Assembly (NCBI GenBank): GCA_951406725.2
Contig: OX597814.1
Location: 202,988,001 to 203,052,000, forward strand
From: Octopus vulgaris
Lineage: Eukaryota
Length of the DNA: 64,000 bases
Reading direction: 5' to 3'
Under the pieces are notes generated by a model. The model was not told the DNA's origin, ran no database searches, and saw nothing but the letters and a program-made list of their open reading frames with translations. Shown here in pieces: positions 39,260 to 50,590 of the stretch. How positions within the stretch are numbered: the first letter of the stretch is position 1; each line of letters opens with the position of its first letter. Position numbers and translations under genes: made by a program.

Positions 39260-40441
39260 CAACAACACACAAGATGAGGTCAAATATCTGTCAAATGTAA
39301 ATAATGAACTTATTCTTTGTAAGCCTAGTACTTATTTTATCAGACTCTTTTGCCAAACCGTTGAGTTATAGGGATGTAAACACACTAACATCGGTTGTCA
39401 AGCAATGGTAGGGGGACAAACACAGACACACAAACATATATATCATCATCATCATTATCATCGTTTAGCGTCCGTTTTCCATGCTATATATATAATATAT
39501 AGATGATAGGCTTCTTTCAGTTTCCGTCTACCAAATCCACTCACAAGGCTTTGATCAGCCCGAGGCTATAGTAGAGGACACTTGCCCCAGGTGTCATGCA
39601 GTGGGACTGAACCCAGAACCATGTGGTTGGGAAGCAAGCTTCTTACCACACAGCCACACCTGCATGTGAATATAGATTTGGCTCACCTGGAATCATCATC
39701 ATTTAGCATCTGCTTTCCATGATGGCATGGGTTACATGGTTTGACTGGAACTGGTAATCCAGGGAGCTGTACCAGACTCCAGTCTGAATTTTGGCTTGGT
39801 TTCTACAACTGGATGCCCTTCCAAATGCCAACCACTCTAAGAGTGTAGTGGGTGCCTTTTACATGTCATCATCACGAATGCCTCATATGTGTCACCAGCA
39901 CGGGTTGGTGCCAAGTGGTTTTGGTTTCATTTTTTGTCGATTTTTTTTTTCCCAGGGCCAGACGCCTTCCTTACCACTAACCACTTTACACTGTGAACTA
40001 TGTGTATTTTATCTTACTGCCACCACTAAAGCAATTAAATACATTAATGTCAGAAAGTTACTTTTTAATCAGACCATTTCTTGTTCATCTGACCAGCCTC
40101 ATTAGCTGTATCCAGGAAATTGGATAAAATTCGGAAAATGGTTTTGCACTTTGCAAGATTGATACATGCAAGACGCATTTCAGTCTGCTATCGGTATACT
40201 CATTTTTATGTTCTCTGACAGCCAATGTCTAATGAACCAGGTTCTTAGTGGCTTCAGTTTTGGTGTTTATTATTGAGGTGAGTGGATAGACAGTCTTTAC
40301 TCAATTCAATGCTCTACTGGATAGAGTTTACTCCGTGTCAGATTTTCTTCTTAGTACTCTCTTCCAATTGCTGAGTATGTATTGTCTTCAATGGTTCTTT
40401 TAAACAGAAAGTTTATGTCTTTTGGGCTGACCCTATCTTAA

Positions 40442-40663
40442 CCCTTTCATTACCAACCCGGCTGAAACCAGCTCTGGCCCTGTAGTACAAATGTCTTGTT
40501 TTCATAAGTTTTGAATTAAAATCTTCCACCAAACCTTAGTCACAATTTATGTTCCTAACACTAGCTTAATGATAACTAAGTTATTTTGCTAAATTCTTTG
40601 TTATATTTAAAATTAATTGAAAGAAACACAGAGCATCTCAACAGAAATATGGTAACAAAAGGG
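40442..40663. mobile_element. piggyBac-like MITE, copy 1
   Basis: TTAA|CCCTTTCATTACC...GGTAACAAAAGGG|TTAA. Confidence 0.85.
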
Positions 40664-40683
40664 TTAACAAATGATTAATTTAA

Positions 40684-40906
40684 CCCTTTCAATACCAACC
40701 TGGCGGAAATCACCTCTGGCCCTGTAGTACAAATGTCTTGTTTTCATAAGTTTTGAATTAAAATCTTCCAACAAACTTTAGTCATAATTTATGTTCCTAA
40801 CACTAGCTTAATGATAACTAAGTTATTTTATACTAAATTCTTTGTTATATTTAAAGTAATTGAAAGAAACACAGAACATCTCAACAGAAATATAGTAACA
40901 AAAAGG
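40684..40906. mobile_element. piggyBac-like MITE, copy 2 (direct tandem)
   Basis: TTAA|CCCTTTCAATACC...AGTAACAAAAAGG|TTAA; highly similar to copy 1. Confidence 0.85.
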
Positions 40907-42039
40907 TTAATATCTTGTTTACTACAAAATTTGTTACTTTTATGCTGCTTCCATTGGTATGTACCATCATACTGATAATTTTATTATGATTCACTGAAGA
41001 TCTTTTTTTAAAACTGAAGTAATGGTGAGTGGGCTCCCTTGTTCAGGTCTGATTGGGCAACACTTTGTTAGGCCATGCTTGTCTAAGTAGTAATTATTCG
41101 GAGCCCCAACATCACAAAATTTCACATCACACTTGTAACTCATCTCCACACATAGTCTTCAACAAAATCAATACCAATAGAAGATAGATACAGGAATACA
41201 GTATTCATTCTACCCATGATGCAACTTGTGAGGTCTTAGGAGTGGTTAGAGTCATCGATCCTGCTGAGCAGGTCTTTGGTGTTGTCGTAGACATCTGGAG
41301 ACATCTCAATTAGTGCACGTTTGATCATTTGAATGTAATATCTTGCCTGAAGCAGAATAAACCTAAGTTGGGTACATTGATAACTTTCATAATTTTTTAC
41401 TTGTTTATGCTCTTTTTTTTCCTTTCCAAGAAGGAATTTTTTTGTTATTGTTTTCCTTTTATCTTGGTAATGTTTATAATTTCTTAGAAGAAATTACGTG
41501 TGTGTGTGTTTATATATATAATATTGAAATCACGAGGCAAAGAATTACAGTAGAGTTCAAAGTACTCAGATATTTTTCTTTTTAATGAAACAATTATCCA
41601 GCAGTGTTATTTCTTAACTAAATAAAGTTCTGTTAATCTCTAATCCTAGATCCATCATCTTAACATATGTAACCCCACAGAAAATAACAATGGGTGCAGT
41701 CATATCAATGTTATTAACAACTTCAATTTGCAACAATATGAGACCAAGTTCAATCCCATTCTGTAATAATGTCTTCTACCAGAACTTCAGATTAACCAAA
41801 GCCTTGGAAGTGAAATTTGGAGGACAAGAAACTGTGAGAAACACTATCGGAGGGACTACTTCTGTCCAGTCTAACACCAGTTGTGTGCAGTTGTAGTGAA
41901 GTCAACACTGCAGCATGCAGAGTCCACTCTGTTGTACCAGTCTGAGGATAAATTTCTCCTTCCCTCCAATCTGAGACACTGGCAACATTCGTGATTGTTG
42001 CTTTCTCGTCTCACTAACCCCTTAAAAAATAAATTTCTT

Positions 42040-42410
42040 TTATGTAAGAAGCTTGCTTCCCAACCACATGGTTCTGGATTCAGTCCCACAGTGTGGCACC
42101 TTGAGCAAGTGCCTTCTGCTATAACCTCAGGCCGACCAAAGCCTTGTGAGTGGATTTGGTAAACAGAAACTGAAAGAAGCCCATCGTATATATTTATGTT
42201 TGTGTATGTGTGTGTCTGTGTTTGTATCCCAGACATTGCTTGACAACCAATGTTGGTGTGTTTATGTCCCGTAACTTAGTGGTTCAGCAAAAAGAGACCG
42301 ATAGAATAAGTACTAGGTTTTCAAAGAATAAGTTGTGGGGTTGATTTGTTTGACTAAAGGCAGTGCTCCAGTATGGCCATGGTCAAATGACAAACAAGTA
42401 AAAGAGTAAA
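42040..42410 (+). mobile_element. Family A SINE
   Basis: Head-to-tail match. Confidence 0.85.
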
Positions 42411-42940
42411 TATATTCATGGTGTTGGGTATATATTCAGATAAACTATAAAGTCACATTCATCATGGTTTTACTGTCCACTTTTCCATGCTCACATGAAT
42501 TGGACAAAATTTGTTGAGGCAGATTTTTGTCTATGCCCAGAAACCCTTCCTGTCCCCAACCCTCATCCGTTCCCAAGCTCAGTAACATTTCCCCATAGCC
42601 AGACAGGTTTTTTTTTCATGGAAGACTGACAACAAACAACATTGCTTGTATGATGGTGATGCTTATTTACAATTGTCAAGTGACATTAAAACAAGGAGCC
42701 AAATATGGGGACGGACACACACACACACATACACACACATGCATACATTCACTCTCAAAACAACTGGTTTCTTTCAGCTTCTGTCCTACCAAATCCTTTC
42801 CCAAGGTTTTAGTTGGCCTGGGGTTATATAGAAGACATTACTAAGAAGACACCCTGTGAATGAACCCTTGGCTACATGCTAGGGGAAGTAAGCTTCTTGA
42901 CCACATTGCCATAAAGTCAGATATGTATTCAAATAGATTA

Positions 42941-43348
42941 TCTATAATATAAATTGGACATGGGCGATCGTTGTATTCTTCCTTGTCTTGAGGTTCACAG
43001 CCAAATGGCTGGGTGGATTCGCATGAAAAATGGCACATATGTGGAGACAGATGCATAGATTGGAATGCAGTTTGTATTTTTTTCCTAATCCCCATACTTA
43101 CCGAGAAAATCGCTTAAAAATTTTCTAAAGGAATTTCCCTCTTTTTTCTGTCATTAAAACAACCAGTTGCTTAGAAGCTGTTTTCTGACAGGGTGGGGTC
43201 AGGAAATTTTCATATAGTTGAAGGCTCCAATCGAAACAGGGTCCCGAAATGATATGGTTAACAAACGCTGTTATAGATTATGCCTAACCAAAAACAATCA
43301 CAGCGACACAATCCAATTAGACCGGGTGAAACCGGGCTTAGCTGCTAG
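42941..43348 (+). mobile_element. Non-autonomous Helitron
   Basis: A|TCTATAATATAAA 5' end; subterminal hairpin CCGG-GTGAAA-CCGG (43322-43335); CTAG|T 3' end; no TSD. Confidence 0.75.
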
Positions 43349-44613
43349 TTTACATATAAATTTTATAATCTATTTTCTCTGCTTCTTCCTTTTTTTCTGT
43401 CAGAATCTATTAATCAGAGGTTAGTTGCTCCTCATTAAAACTGAAGATCACAATCCACAAACATGGAAGAGAGAGCAAAAATCAATGGATGATTTTTTTT
43501 TTTTTTTTGAAAATGAAAGAATCAGTTTCTAATGAGAGTTGAAACAACTTGGTAACTTAATTTTCTACAAGGTTCAATGGAAACTAACAATATAATAGCT
43601 GTTTGTAAATTACTAATAATAGATGTGGGGAAGGATAAATGTTGGTTGTGGAGAAATACAGTGAGAAGCCATTTGAAATATGCTTGCTTTCTCTCATAAA
43701 CTCTGTATTTCTTATTCATAAACTGCTATATTTCTTTATGAAATAAATAAAAGAAATTATTTAATTCTTGTTTTATTTTTATATATGGCTTCAAACCACA
43801 CAGACGTGCATGTAATCGTTTCTTTTTTTTTTAAATATTTTAGTGTTTTATAAGATTTATCAAAATGGCCATTTTAATAACATTAGCTACAATGATATCT
43901 ATTTAAATCATATTGTATATTTTGAAATTTTGTCACAGGCAAGATCTTTGAAGGTTTCTGAAGATAGAGATTTCTTGTTTCTCTAGGAACACCACAGTTA
44001 AATATTAGTTCCATATATAATGCAGCTTTTTCCTCTTCTCCTTCCTCCTCCTCCTCTTCATTATTATTTGTTATATTTTATTATCATCATCACAAATAAT
44101 TCAGTAACTCCAAGATAAAACGAGACTATTAGATGAATTTATTCTGTACCATATTTCCACACTTCTATCATCTCTGCCCACATAGTACCTTACATTGCAT
44201 CTCTACCTGCCTTCCAGTATATATTTTTATCATTTCATTTTGTAAATATTTGTGAACTCATTCTATTTTAAATACATTTTGTTATTATTATTATTATTAT
44301 CATTTTACACATGACTAGAGCTAATCTATAAACTTGATTCTCTTTTTCAAATTGGCAAGTTTTTCCATAAATTCCTTATTGTTCGGTTAAATATAACCAA
44401 AACTCACTCGTTTCCTTTTTGACATTTTCATAAGTCGAGCCATTCATTCAGCATCGCCAGTGCCATGTTTCCAAATAAATAAAACTATTCATTTTTATAT
44501 TTGCTACTTTTACAAGGAAACTCACTGAAGTTTGCAGCTATGTTTATTGAACAATGTATTCCATATTCCTTCAGTTCAATGTGATGGAATATTATTGCAG
44601 CTGACATATATAG

Positions 44614-44650
<37 letters not shown>

Positions 44651-44759
44651 GTATTACTATATTGTAGGAGAAAATTGTTTTCCTATTTTGTTTCCTTTAT
44701 ATTTATGTTACATTTTATTTTATGCATACACTCTCTCTCTACTTATTTGTGCATCTGTA

Positions 44760-45432
44760 TATACCTGTGTGTGTGTGTGTGTGCACGTGCACATATGACA
44801 GAATGCATGTGTTTGTATATATATATATATATGTGTGTGTATGTATGTATTTGTAAATGTGTATGCATGTACATAAGTATATATACATGTGTATGTATAC
44901 ATATATTTATGTATATGCACACACACACATGTATGAGAGAATGTGTGTGCTTGTATATATATGTATGTATGCATGTATTTGTAAATGTATATGCATGTAC
45001 ATAAGTATATATACATGTGTATGTATACATATATTTATGTATATATGCACACACACACACATATATATGGGAGAATGTGTGTGCTTGTATATATATTTTA
45101 ATACATATGTTTATATTTGTATATATGTATATATACATGTGTGTATGTATATATATATTAATGCATATATGCATACACACACACACATATGGGAGAATGT
45201 GTGTGCTTGTATATATATTTGTATGTATATGTATGTATATATTTGTACATGTGTATACATACATGTGTGTATGTATATATTTATGTATGAATGTATGCAT
45301 ACACACACACACACATATGGGAGAATGTGTGTGCTTGTATATATATTTGTATGTATATATTTGTACATGTGTATACATACATGTGTGTATGTATATATTT
45401 ATGTATGAATGTATGCATACACACACACACAC
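44760..45432. repeat. Higher-order (~125-135 bp) tandem repeat built from TA/TG/CA microsatellites
   Basis: Anchor gagaatgtgtgtgcttgtatata recurs at ~44800 (diverged), 44937, 45071, 45193 and 45321. Confidence 0.8.
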
Positions 45433-45765
45433 TGTGCAAACCATATTACATATGAAATATTAAAACTTTGTGATACCTGTCGATTCCTGTCTTATTTATG
45501 AAATATATCTTCTGTCAATATTGGTGATGTGCTGCTCTAAATAGAGAAATGAGAATTTTATATTACATTTCTTATGCAAAGCCAAATAAGAAGGGATAAA
45601 GCCCAGTGCTTTTATAATGCAGAGAGAAAAAATAATAATAATGATAGTAGGAAAAAATATTCTTTTTCCACCTTAGTTGCTTCAAATAATAATAATGATA
45701 ACGCCCCTTGCTGTCTCTGGTTGAGACCTGGGTGCAGCATGTATAAATTAAAGCAGAAACAAAAC

Positions 45766-45801
<36 letters not shown>

Positions 45802-45875
45802 GTAAAATTTTAGTCCAAAAGTAAGAAAGTATTCTAATATTGGATATTCATTCATAGCCCTCTTTGATCCAGTGA

Positions 45876-45908
<33 letters not shown>

Positions 45909-46371
45909 CTTATTTATTTATTTATTGTTGTCTTATTTCATTACTTTATATGTTTGTAGTAACTGAGAAACTAATCTCACCAGTCTATCACAGGTAACTT
46001 TTACCTGCAGGTAATATTGAACTCGACACTGCAAGACAATGAAGCACACAACAAAGATTTTTAAAAACTCTGCTGTCTCTTCTCCCTTATTTACAATAAT
46101 GGTTTGTTCCTGCCTTACACTACCTATATTGGCTGCATGAACTAAGCTATTTGTAATTTTAATATATTGATAGGCCTACATACTTTTTTTTTCACCCCCT
46201 CCTAGGTTTGACCCAAGGGAACATTGAGGATGTGATAGCAGGTGATTGAGAGGGCTGCATCAACACTCATTTGGTACTCATTTCTAGTCTCCTCAACTGG
46301 AACAACAGGAAATGAAGTGTCTTGCTCAAGAACACAATGCACTACTTGAATCAGGAATTATGATCTTGTAA

Positions 46372-46957
46372 AGAGGTAGACCCAGGAAGACATGGGTTGA
46401 GGTAGTGAAGCATGACTTTCGAATGTTGAGCCTCACAGAGGCAATGTCGAGAGACCGAGACCTCTGGAGATATGCTGTGATTGAGAAGACCCGGCAAGTA
46501 AAGTGAGATCACAGCCGTAGCCTACACCAGTGTCGCATAACCAGCCCATTTAAAAAGTACTCATTGTGAGATTTAAAAATAGTAATTTACATTTGAATTG
46601 TCAGGTGACACGCCATGCTTGAGGAGACTTAATGAGTCAAGTAAAATCAAAATCAAAAATCAAATCAAAATCAAATGGAAATTGTAATTGTGGCCGATGA
46701 CAGTGCTGCCTGACTGGCTCTCATGCTGGTGGCACGCAATAAGCACCATTCATGCATGGGTTTTTGCCAGTGCTGCCTGACTGGCTCACCATGCCAGTGG
46801 CACATAAAAAGCACCATCCAAACATAGTCGATACCAGCTGTAGAAACTCTGCCAAATCAAGATTGGAGCCTGGTGCAGCCATCTGGTTCGCCAGCCCTCA
46901 GTAAAAATCGTCCAACTCATGCTAGCATGGAAAGCAGACGTTAAACGATGATGATGA
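46372..46957 (+). mobile_element. RTE LINE 3' end: ORF C-terminus, 3' UTR and (GAT)n tail
   Basis: 46372-46506 translates RGRPRKTWVEVVKHDFRMLSLTEAMSRDRDLWRYAVIEKTRQVK*, then the gtggcac repeats and GACGTTAAAC(GAT)n. Confidence 0.85.
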
Positions 46958-48271
46958 ATATAGACAGTACACAACTGAATACCATTCTTGCATTTTATCC
47001 CTCACTCTACTGATTCTGCCAGCTTTCCTTAGCATGGACAATCTATTAGCTTTTTAAGATCCGCAATAAATGATATTAATCAAAAAATTATCCAATTGAG
47101 ACTTGCTAATTTATGGACTCATTTCCTCACTTCCCCATCACTTAGTATTTATCTCATGCAAGTGCCATACATTTAAAAGCAAATGGAAATGCTTTTTGAG
47201 CCTCAAAGGGCTGTTAAGGGCCGGTGTGAAACTCAATTTTTATAACATGAAGCAGATGAAAGATGAGACGTTGTTATGCCTGTTATTGATCCATTATATT
47301 TTTTGCAATATCTATGTATTGGATACAGGATTTTTATATAGATTCAGGTTTCTGCTGCTGATTGGTCTCTCCTACTTCTTCAGTGTGTTCTTTGGGATCT
47401 CTCCCACCTTTTTAGTGTGTTGTTTATCTTGTAATTTCATTTCATAATGGGAAAATCATGAAGTTCTTTTTTCTTTGAGTTCCATAAAAGTGTTTTTTAT
47501 GCCGTTAGTGTTGTTTTGCAGTTCTCTTTATATTGGTTCCTTTGGTTACTTCTGTGTATTTTACGTGACAGATGATCGTGTTCATATTTGCTAATGAAAT
47601 TGACTGTGAGGTCATGGATGTCTAGAAAATATAGATTCAAGCAAAAGTGTTATGTGAGATAAATTGTAAATTTATCATCACAGTGTGGGGAAATATATTT
47701 TCTTCTTCTTCATGAATTAAGTTCTGTGATAAGTTCAATCAACAAATATTTAATGTTACAAATTAAAATGTCTTGAGATTTCATCATTGCTAATAAATGG
47801 AAAATGCTGAAACATCATTAAATACAACTATGATGGCAGCATTCCACATATTTAGTAATAAAGTGTGTGTGTATGTGTGCAAATCATGGAGTGGAGTCCC
47901 TCATGTGGTCCAGTTCCCTCTTTGACACTCTTCTGGCAATTCCAGGATAGGTGAAGGTCTCCAACCCCATAAGTCAATTCACCTCAGAGAAGGCCACTCC
48001 AATGTAAAATGTGCAGTTTGCTGGTCACTGGAGCCACCTTAACCCACTGACCCACTGTGGTCAGACCTCTGAGTCAGAAGAGTGGGATCTGGTTGTACAG
48101 ACTGACTCTCAGTTTAAAACCACTAAGCGCAGACTGGGGGTGAAATCCCTGCAGTGATGAAGAAGTGACAAAAATGACAGGTACCAGATGTTACTGGCAG
48201 TCACAGCCTCCTTAACACCACATCTAAGAAATCTCTTTCTTTCTCATAATCTTTGGACACAATGCAATACC

Positions 48272-48502
48272 TATTTCTTTACTACCCACAAGGGGCTAAA
48301 CACAGAGAGGACAAGCAAGGGCAGACAAATGGATTAAGTCGATTATATCGACCCCAGTGCATAACTGGTACTTATTTAATCGACCCCAAAATGATGAAAG
48401 GCAAAGGCGACCTCGGCGGAATTTGAACTCAGAATGTAACGGCAGATGAAATACGGCTACGCATTTCGCCCGGCGTGCTAATGTTTCTGCCAGCTCGCCT
48501 CG
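48272..48502 (-). mobile_element. Full-length Nin-domain SINE with 10-bp TSD
   Basis: TSD atgcaatacc at 48262-48271 and 48503-48512; Nin core gcctttcatc...ggggtcgattaaataagtaccag. Confidence 0.9.
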
Positions 48503-49304
48503 ATGCAATACCATCACACTTTCATGTGTTTACATTCCTGTTGCCTCATGCTTTTGATCTAAATGAAGCTGGGAAGTAAATTTCTGCAATTCATTGTAGA
48601 AAGTTCACGCAGTGGAAGTTGTGGCTTCAAAACGGTATCTGTCAGTGTAGTGGTGATACTAGTTAGCTGATAATGCTACTTGTCACTACTGTTACTACTA
48701 CAACTACATCTGGTGACTAAATATGCCTGTTAATATCAAATGGCGCTAAACACTGATTGGTTGGTAGAATAGGAATGCCTACAGACTTATTCAATAGTTG
48801 CAAATTAAATCTGGGTCCAAATTAATATCACTTGTCCAATTCAAATGTAGTCTTGTTTTTATCATTAGTCTCACTTACAAATGTAAGAAGGGGGGAAAAT
48901 GGTATCTGTGGCTTACCTTTTTGAGATTTTAGTATGTTGATCTATTTTCAAGATGGACAGATGTGATATGAAGGAGATTTGGTTGATATTTCTAGCAGGT
49001 TGAGCAGCCACGTAGAGGTTTCCTTGTTGGCTTGTATGTCTTAGTTCTGCGAAACAAAAAAAATAAAAGAATGGCAATAAATGTGCTGCTGGCTTTGTAT
49101 GGTGCAAATTGAAAAGCCTTTTGTTGCTACCAGCTTCATTATAATGATAATACAAGCATTATAATTAATGTTTAATCTCGTGGCTAATTATCTTTATATA
49201 GAAGTATCGTTTCTTTATTTTTGTCAATTATAACATTTTCTATATTTCCTGTATTGTATACTACATATATTGATATATATATTATTGTGAAGATTTGCAC
49301 AAGT

Positions 49305-49364
49305 ATTGTGTGTGTGTGTGTGTGTGTGTGTAGACTTAGATGGTTAGATAGATAGATGGATGGA

Positions 49365-49399
<35 letters not shown>

Positions 49400-49660
49400 G
49401 TGTATATATATAATATATAATATATATATGTATATGTGTATATATATAATATATAATATATATATATATGTATATGTGTATATATATATATGTGTGTGTA
49501 TATATATAATATATAATATATATATATATGTGTGTGTATATATATAATATATATATATATGTGTGTATATATATATAATATATATATATATATATACATA
49601 CATATGTATGTGTATATATATAATATATATATATATGTGTATATATATATAATATATATA

Positions 49661-49723
<63 letters not shown>

Positions 49724-49760
49724 GTGTATGTTTATATATATATAATATATATATGTGTAT
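49305..49760. repeat. Compound (TA)n/(TG)n microsatellite
   Basis: Direct inspection. Confidence 0.95.
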
Positions 49761-50260
49761 ATCATCATCATCATCATCATCATCGTTTAACGTCTGTTTT
49801 CCGCGCTAGCACGGGTTGGACGGTTTCGACCGGGGTCTGGGGAGCTAGGGACTGCCCCAGGCTCCAGTCTAGTCTGGCAGTGTTTCTACAGCTGGATGCC
49901 CTTCCTAACGCCAACCACTCCGCGAGTGTAGTGGGTGTTTTTTACGTGCCACCTGCACAGGTGCCAGAGGGGTCTGGCATCGGCCACGTTCGGATGGTGC
50001 TTTTTTATTATGTGGGGGGGGCAGAAATATAGGGGAGCACCAGTGGGGAGGGGTGGTTCAGAGGAATGATGACAGGTTCTTAGGCAAGTAGAACGTAGGA
50101 TAGAGGGTAATGCATGGTGAAAATAGCGTATTGAGGAGGGGGCATTCGAAGAGTAGACACCTATAATGGTGGTGGGAGAAACAACATCCGGTATAGATGG
50201 AGCAAAAATATAGAGATATCCGGTATTGGTGGTGGGGGTGGGCAGGGTGGGTGCACCGCG

Positions 50261-50590
50261 AATACGCGCGAAGGTTGAAAAAGGATGATAGAGCGAGACT
50301 TGGTCGGGCAAGAGTTAATAGAGGAGAAATTAGATACAATAGTTAGATAGATAAATAACAACAGATAGGAAAACATGTATGATTGGTCGAGAAGTGAAGT
50401 GAAGTGAAAATAAATAAAAATAAGATAAGCATTCAAACTTAGCTGTGCTCGAGATTATAGCCGCTAGGTGAATGAATGAGAGAGCAGATGTTGTTGCCTT
50501 AAGTAAAGAAATTGACCGGAAAGGAATTTTTGGACAAGGCGGAAGTGTATTAAGGGAACAGGCTTTAAAGATGGCGGAGATTGATAGACA
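50261..50590. promoter_or_regulatory. Promoter-like motif cluster within each monomer
   Basis: CGCGCGAA (E2F-like, 50265), TGATTGGTC (NF-Y CCAAT, ~50380), (GAAGT)3 = TCACTTC Inr on the minus strand (50391-50407), CCGGAA (~50516), GGCGGAAGTG (ETS, 50538), AAGATGGCGG (YY1, 50568). Confidence 0.55.

Larger units (their letters stand above)
38842..39305. mobile_element. Palindromic non-autonomous element with a tRNA-like centre and hammerhead motifs (Penelope-like)
   Basis: 38879-39306 is a ~428-bp imperfect palindrome; TSD gaactt at 38836-38841 and 39306-39311. Confidence 0.8.
38765..39665 (-). mobile_element. Family A SINE hosting a palindromic insertion
   Basis: SINE consensus atcgaccccagaactt|attctttgtaagcc is split by the 38842-39305 insert. 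Confidence 0.85.
40030..41380 (-). pseudogene. Very old non-LTR retrotransposon remnant (possibly R4/Dong-like), interrupted by two MITEs
   Basis: Codon-like minus-strand sequence with broken zinc-knuckle-like (KCC...H.ITS) and HNKII traces; many stops and frameshifts. Confidence 0.25.

Noticed and set aside
44675-45463. Cys/His/Tyr-rich proteins (up to 233 aa)
   Set aside because: Microsatellite-derived low-complexity translations on both strands.
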